From: a virus
Taxonomy: Duplodnaviria > Caudoviricetes
Direction: 5' to 3' (one strand)
Length of the DNA: 64,000 bases
IMG/VR virus record: IMGVR_UViG_3300036971_000130
Shown here: positions 63,219 through 64,000 of the stretch, in pieces
How positions within the stretch are numbered: position 1 is the stretch's first letter
Layout of the letters: the number at the start of each line of letters is the position of its first letter
Made by a program: the position numbers and the translations under genes
The notes under the pieces: model-generated
What the model saw: the letters and a program-made list of their open reading frames with translations, nothing else
What the model was told of the DNA's origin: nothing
The model's database searches: none

Positions 63219-64000
63219 GTGAAAGCCCACTCTCCCAACCAGTTCGGTGAGTGGCATGACCTCACCGAACACCTCGAAGCGGTAGCGGTGTCAGCCGCAG
63301 CCTTCGGTGCTCCGTTCGGCCTCGGTGATGTGGCGTTCTGGGCTGGTCTCTGGCATGACGTGGGGAAGACCTCATGCGTCTTCCAGCAGTACCTCAGGGA
63401 CACGGTCACCCACGGCGATGCGAAAGCCCGTCTCATGCATCCGAAGCGGGGACACAAGGATCTCGGCACCTCGATGGCGTTCCGCAACTCGAAGATGTTC
63501 GAGGAAGGCGGAGATGTCTCGGTTGCGCTCTCGATCGAAGCTCACCACGGTGGCCTACCTGACTGGCCGGACTTCCATGGCCGCAAAGGTGCCAAGCTCA
63601 TCGAGATGTCGAAGGACGAGGCCCTGTTCGAGACGGTGAAGTCGGTCTTGTCGAAGCCGTCACCGACTTCCACGGTCCCGTTCCCGAAGCTTCAGTCGAG
63701 GATGGACTTCGAGATGATGGTCAGGTTCCTGACCTCGTGTCTCGTGGACGCCGACTACCTGGACACGTCCAGGCACTTCACGCCTCATCTCGCTGCCATG
63801 TCGAGCTACAAGGGCGACATCTCCCAGACGATCGGGCGCATTCGGCAGTTCGATGACCCGACGAGGCCGGTGGACATCCAGCGTGCGCTCTGGCGGGAAC
63901 GGGCGATCGGATCTGCCCGCCACTCCGCCAAGGGGATCTTCCGTCTGACTGGGCCGACTGGGATCGGCAAGACCGAAGGTGGCTTCGCTGCGGTTCTCGC
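63219..64000 (+). CDS. cas3: Cas3 HD nuclease-helicase, 5' part (continues past the window; absent from ORF track)
   Basis: GTG start; AHS...WHDLTEHL..VA...GLWHDVGK...FQQYL...HHGGL...SCLVDADYLDT...GPTGIGKT in one open frame. Confidence 0.9.
   Translation, partial: MKAHSPNQFGEWHDLTEHLEAVAVSAAAFGAPFGLGDVAFWAGLWHDVGKTSCVFQQYLRDTVTHGDAKARLMHPKRGHKDLGTSMAFRNSKMFEEGGDVSVALSIEAHHGGLPDWPDFHGRKGAKLIEMSKDEALFETVKSVLSKPSPTSTVPFPKLQSRMDFEMMVRFLTSCLVDADYLDTSRHFTPHLAAMSSYKGDISQTIGRIRQFDDPTRPVDIQRALWRERAIGSARHSAKGIFRLTGPTGIGKTEGGFAAVL

Noticed and set aside
1-64000. The motif as a CRISPR repeat or integron attC
   Set aside because: Only 10-13 bp, irregular spacing, both strands, no hairpin or R/L boxes, and no integrase or cas1 in the window

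Overview
High-GC, densely packed window of mostly short hypothetical genes from a large actinobacterial-type mobile element (giant plasmid, jumbo phage or phage-plasmid). I see no housekeeping genes, virion genes, rRNA, tRNA or CRISPR array. Recognisable genes: rIIA/rIIB, a VirD4/TraD-like ATPase beside a replication-relaxation-type protein, WGR-PARP, SpoT-type HD hydrolase, a truncated class I release factor, PLD nuclease, dCMP deaminase, SLOG, HAD, MmcB-like nuclease, two broken DNA methyltransferases and the 5' part of cas3. The main signal is a 10-mer, ACCCATGATG (core CATnnT). I counted 46 copies by eye; 37 lie 5-6 nt before an ATG and 10 have a TGGACA/TTGACA-type -35. This looks like an element-specific leaderless promoter that also supplies stop codons and marks rearrangement junctions. 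A second promoter class (TAnnnT) drives a separate gene set that includes a lipoprotein family. Other highlights: an array of small basic 'MSRTxKD' proteins, short uORFs, two candidate sRNAs, and origin-like islands with DnaA boxes. All calls are by eye; no database searches were run.
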